A stretch of 56,735 nt of DNA from a virus. Its lineage: Duplodnaviria; Caudoviricetes. Below, one piece after another: positions 53,659 through 56,735 of this stretch. Each line of letters opens with the position of its first letter. Within the stretch, counting starts at the first letter, position 1. Both the position numbers and the translations under genes were made by a program. The notes beneath the pieces were generated by a model. The model worked only from the letters and a program-made list of their open reading frames with translations, did not search any database and had not been told where the DNA came from. The stretch is from positions 1-56,735 of IMG/VR virus record IMGVR_UViG_3300027869_000003; one strand, 5' to 3'.

Positions 53659-55137
53659 CTAAGTAACACGTATTTGCAAAACGCTTCCATTGCGGTACAA
53701 CTGACCGACCGCCACGCCACCGCCCGCCGCCGCCGCGTCATTCGCGAACGTCGTGGACGCCTGCAACGTCGTGGATAGAATCTCACCGTCCGCGTGACAC
53801 TCCCAGACGGAGACAGTGTTATTTCGCGCCTTGAACAGAATCGTCGCGTTCAGCGAGTCGCCCGCGCGAAGTTCCAGAAGCGCGGTCGGCGTGGTCGTGC
53901 CGATGCCCGACTTGTGCGCGACGGAGAAACCATACTCGTTCGTCGCCTTGTTCGAAGACGGCCCGAATAGCGTGTAGTGATTGGTCAATACACCGCCGGC
54001 ACCCGTGTTGAAATCCGTCCGGCCCAGAAAGTCAGCCGCGTTCGTGACCGTGCCAACGCCTCCATTCCCACTGGAACCCTGGACGCCGCCCACCCATGCC
54101 ACCGTGCCGCCCGTGACGGAATCCGTGGCCTGCCCGATCCCATAAATCGCCGTGCTGCGCGTATTGGAAAATGTCGATGCGCCACCGCCCGTGTCGATAC
54201 TCAGATGAGACGACCATCCATACAATTCCTGCGAATTACTCGCGGTCAATGTGACGGTGGTGCTGACCTTGTTGATATCCGTTGTCGTGACAGGATCGCT
54301 GATTTTCGTGTTGACGGCCAGCGGCAGACTCGGATTGTTCGTGAGCGTCACCGCGCCTTGGACGAGCACGGAGGCATCGCCCTGAATATCGATGATCGCG
54401 GTGGTCTGATTACGAACACGCAAAAGCCGTGTCGCGTTCAGCAGATCAGCGCCTCTGATTTCCAACAGGCCAACCGGCGTCGCGGTTCCAATGCCGGATT
54501 TGTAAAATACCGCGAAGCCGTATTCGTTCTGCGCGGCGCTGCTCACCGACCCCATGAGGTCGTAATGATTGACCAGTACCCCGCCGCCGGTGTTGTAGTC
54601 GGGATGCGAGAAAAAACTGACCGCGTTCGTGACGGTGTCCAGCCCCTGGTTTCCCACGGTCCCAACGACGCCGCTCAGTGTGTTGATCGTCCCGCCAGGC
54701 GCTGTCGTGAAAGCCGACGCCTCCGCGTAAACACCTGGGGAGTGCGCGCCGGTATAGCTATGCCCGCCCGTGTCGATGTGCATCCGCCATGCCGAGAGCA
54801 CGTCCTGCACGTTGTCGGCGGTCAGGCGTAGGTTGGTCAGCATCGTATTCGTAACGGTCTCGGTCACCGGGTCGTTGACCGTCGTCGTGACGTTGAGCCC
54901 ATTGCCAGGGGTGTTGTTGATCGTTACCGCGCCCGTGAATGTCGCGGCGTTCTGGAACGCGGCGGTGTTCGTGAACGTGGTCGCGCCAGTGACCGTGCCG
55001 CCGGTGAACAGGGTGCCGCCGATCAGATCGGCGAGCCTTCCCTGCGTCGCTCCGGTCGGAGTGACAAGCAAGTCGCCCATAGTGATCGGGAAGTTCGTCG
55101 GCCCCGTCAGAACGAAGTTGTCGAGGGATTTGGTCAA
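53659..55137 (-). CDS. Fibre-like structural protein with an internal tandem duplication
   Basis: TTG start; two ~190-aa repeats; C-terminal ANDAAAAGGGVAVGQLYRNG. Confidence 0.75.
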   Translation of the reverse strand: MTKSLDNFVLTGPTNFPITMGDLLVTPTGATQGRLADLIGGTLFTGGTVTGATTFTNTAAFQNAATFTGAVTINNTPGNGLNVTTTVNDPVTETVTNTMLTNLRLTADNVQDVLSAWRMHIDTGGHSYTGAHSPGVYAEASAFTTAPGGTINTLSGVVGTVGNQGLDTVTNAVSFFSHPDYNTGGGVLVNHYDLMGSVSSAAQNEYGFAVFYKSGIGTATPVGLLEIRGADLLNATRLLRVRNQTTAIIDIQGDASVLVQGAVTLTNNPSLPLAVNTKISDPVTTTDINKVSTTVTLTASNSQELYGWSSHLSIDTGGGASTFSNTRSTAIYGIGQATDSVTGGTVAWVGGVQGSSGNGGVGTVTNAADFLGRTDFNTGAGGVLTNHYTLFGPSSNKATNEYGFSVAHKSGIGTTTPTALLELRAGDSLNATILFKARNNTVSVWECHADGEILSTTLQASTTFANDAAAAGGGVAVGQLYRNGSVLQIRVT

Positions 55138-55871
55138 TATGTTTGCCCCGGCCCTGAATAGATGTTGTAGAGGGGCCGCCGCACCAGCCCTGTCGGCATT
55201 TCCATGCGCGGAATCTGTGCGTTCGCGGTGCGGATTGTCTCAAGCGATGACCTAGCCAGCCCAAGCGTGGCATCCGGCAGCACGGATCCGGGATACTGTG
55301 CGGTCAGGCGAATCGCGAGATTGGTCCAGATCGCCTCGGTGTATTCGTCAGGCAAATTGATCGACTGCACGTAAGAATCGAACTGCCGCAGCGTCGCCTT
55401 GAGCACGAGATGCAACTCGAACACGCCGGGCGGTGCCGGGATCGGCCACGGAAAGACGCTACCAAGTGGAAAATCGCTGTCGTAAAAGATCGCGACCGGC
55501 CACGATCCAAGCGTCTTCAGCGCGATGTTGGAGTAGTCCTCCCGCGATTGCAGGATGGTCAGCGGGTAATCCACGAAGTTCGGCGAACTGTTGACGAGTT
55601 GACGCAAATAGGCCGCCTCGAGCCGCGTTGGCCGCGCCACGTTGAAGTCGCCGCCCGGGCCGACCGTGTAGGACTGCTGCCCCGTGGTCGGGATCGACAC
55701 GTCAATTTCGTGATAGATCAGCCACCGTTTGGCGTTCCAGCCCGCTATCATGCCATTGAGCGCGGAGAAGGCGTCCCGGTAGTCCTCCGGAAGCGCCGTC
55801 TGGCCCGTGCCAAGCACGCCGATCGCCCGTAGGCCGAAATTGATCTGGTCCTGCGGCGTCGTCAGCGGCAT
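55134..55871 (-). CDS. Head-tail adaptor, P22 gp4-like
   Basis: I..GLRAIGVLG.GQT....DA..ALN.MI..W, YTVGPGGDF, LP.EY.EAI..NLA.RL. Confidence 0.85.
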   Translation of the reverse strand: MPLTTPQDQINFGLRAIGVLGTGQTALPEDYRDAFSALNGMIAGWNAKRWLIYHEIDVSIPTTGQQSYTVGPGGDFNVARPTRLEAAYLRQLVNSSPNFVDYPLTILQSREDYSNIALKTLGSWPVAIFYDSDFPLGSVFPWPIPAPPGVFELHLVLKATLRQFDSYVQSINLPDEYTEAIWTNLAIRLTAQYPGSVLPDATLGLARSSLETIRTANAQIPRMEMPTGLVRRPLYNIYSGPGQTY

Positions 55872-56257
55872 CAGCCGGTTTTTCCCGATCGCGACATAAT
55901 GCCGCCCCGATGAACCATCGGTGGAACGCCTTTTTCAGTAGGCAAGAGGACAACCGAATGGTCGGGGTTGACAGGTGGAGGCGTGACCACGGACGGCGGC
56001 GTCGTGTCAGTTGTCGCTGGCGGCGTAGCCACGATGACGGGCGTTGTTGTCGTGGTCGCATCAACCGAAGTGCCGCCCAACGCTACGCGCATCGCGTCAC
56101 GATCCTTATTGTCCTGTGCGATCGCCATCATCGCCTTCGTCCGCACCGCCGCCAGAGCCGCATCCTCATCAGCCCAATGCGCCTTGAGATCTTTCATCGT
56201 GGCGTCAGACGCCTTCTGCTCCTGGTCCAGCGTCTCCAGTGGGGTGAGGTTTCCCAT
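55871..56257 (-). CDS. Hypothetical protein, paralog of 56268..56546
   Basis: LTPLETL...LK..W.DED...DRDAMRV.LGG. Confidence 0.7.
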   Translation of the reverse strand: MGNLTPLETLDQEQKASDATMKDLKAHWADEDAALAAVRTKAMMAIAQDNKDRDAMRVALGGTSVDATTTTTPVIVATPPATTDTTPPSVVTPPPVNPDHSVVLLPTEKGVPPMVHRGGIMSRSGKTG

Positions 56258-56267
56258 TCGGCTTCCG

Positions 56268-56546
56268 TCAGGGTTTCGCTGTCTGCCCGAGCGCGGCCAG
56301 CGGCTCGGCCGGTAACGACGAGGCCCGCGGGCGGCGCGGGTCAGGCGTCGAAGGCGCCGTGGAGGCGCCACCCATCTGCACACGCATCGCATCCCGGTCC
56401 CTGGCGCCCTGTGCGTGCGCCTCGAGTACCGCCGCGCGATTGGCGGCGGTGGCCTCATCCTCGCGCTTCCAGAGATCCTTCAGTTCGGCCAGCGCGGCTT
56501 CCGCCTCACGCGCGCCGGCTTCCAGGATTTCCAACGCTGTCATCAC
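56268..56546 (-). CDS. Hypothetical protein, paralog of 55871..56257
   Basis: MTALEIL...LK..W.RED...DRDAMRVQMGG; GGAGG RBS. Confidence 0.75.
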   Translation of the reverse strand: MMTALEILEAGAREAEAALAELKDLWKREDEATAANRAAVLEAHAQGARDRDAMRVQMGGASTAPSTPDPRRPRASSLPAEPLAALGQTAKP

Positions 56547-56735
56547 ACGCCCTCCGGTGATGTCGCGGCGTCCAACAGATACCTCAACCGCTGCGCGCCG
56601 TGACGGTGATGGAACTCGACACCAAGTGCGGTCAGTTGCGCCCTCAGTTCCTCGACCTCATCCGCTTCGCTGACCGCCGGCCGGGCGACCTGCGCCCGTA
56701 GCGCCTCGATCTCGGCCTGCATGGCGGCCATCTTG
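56543..56735 (-). CDS. 3' part of the join-spanning gene that starts at 588
   Basis: In frame through the 127-bp overlap. Confidence 0.8.
   Translation of the reverse strand, partial: KMAAMQAEIEALRAQVARPAVSEADEVEELRAQLTALGVEFHHRHGAQRLRYLLDAATSPEGV
56609..56735. repeat. 127-bp terminal direct repeat (copy 2)
   Basis: Identical to 1-127. Confidence 0.95.

Noticed and set aside
56609-56735. 127-bp terminal repeat as a biological DTR or att site
   Set aside because: It lies mid-gene and 127 is a common assembler k-mer, so it is best explained as circular contig overlap.

Overview
This window looks like a complete, circularly assembled ~56.6-kb GC-rich bacteriophage genome. Bases 1-127 repeat exactly at 56609-56735, and one gene runs across the join. 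The virion module is P22-like (podovirus): TerS, TerL with an Ala1 class-3 intein, portal, scaffold, P22-type coat, gp4/gp10/gp26-like tail proteins, ejection proteins and a tailspike. The genome also has a GH25 lysis cassette, a Prim-Pol/VapE/DUF669/AAA replication module and a cI/cro-like switch. A GcrA homolog suggests an alphaproteobacterial host. No integrase, ParA, tRNA, CRISPR array or reverse transcriptase was recognised. The most unusual observations are: (1) an RHH-like gene studded with six GGCAAAC iterons next to a structured non-coding segment, a candidate NTPase-less plasmid-prophage maintenance module; (2) a shared promoter/structured-leader cassette in front of two unrelated homing endonucleases; (3) a small protein whose N-terminus copies the major capsid N-arm; (4) antisense cassettes whose -35 box doubles as the neighbouring gene's Shine-Dalgarno; (5) repeated gene-junction duplications and chimeric mini-ORFs; (6) a TGT/DpdA-like enzyme, a stand-alone ART-like protein, a hydroxylase/cupin pair and signal-peptide-bearing late proteins including a GH54-like domain. 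All family calls come from motif recognition by eye; no database search was run.
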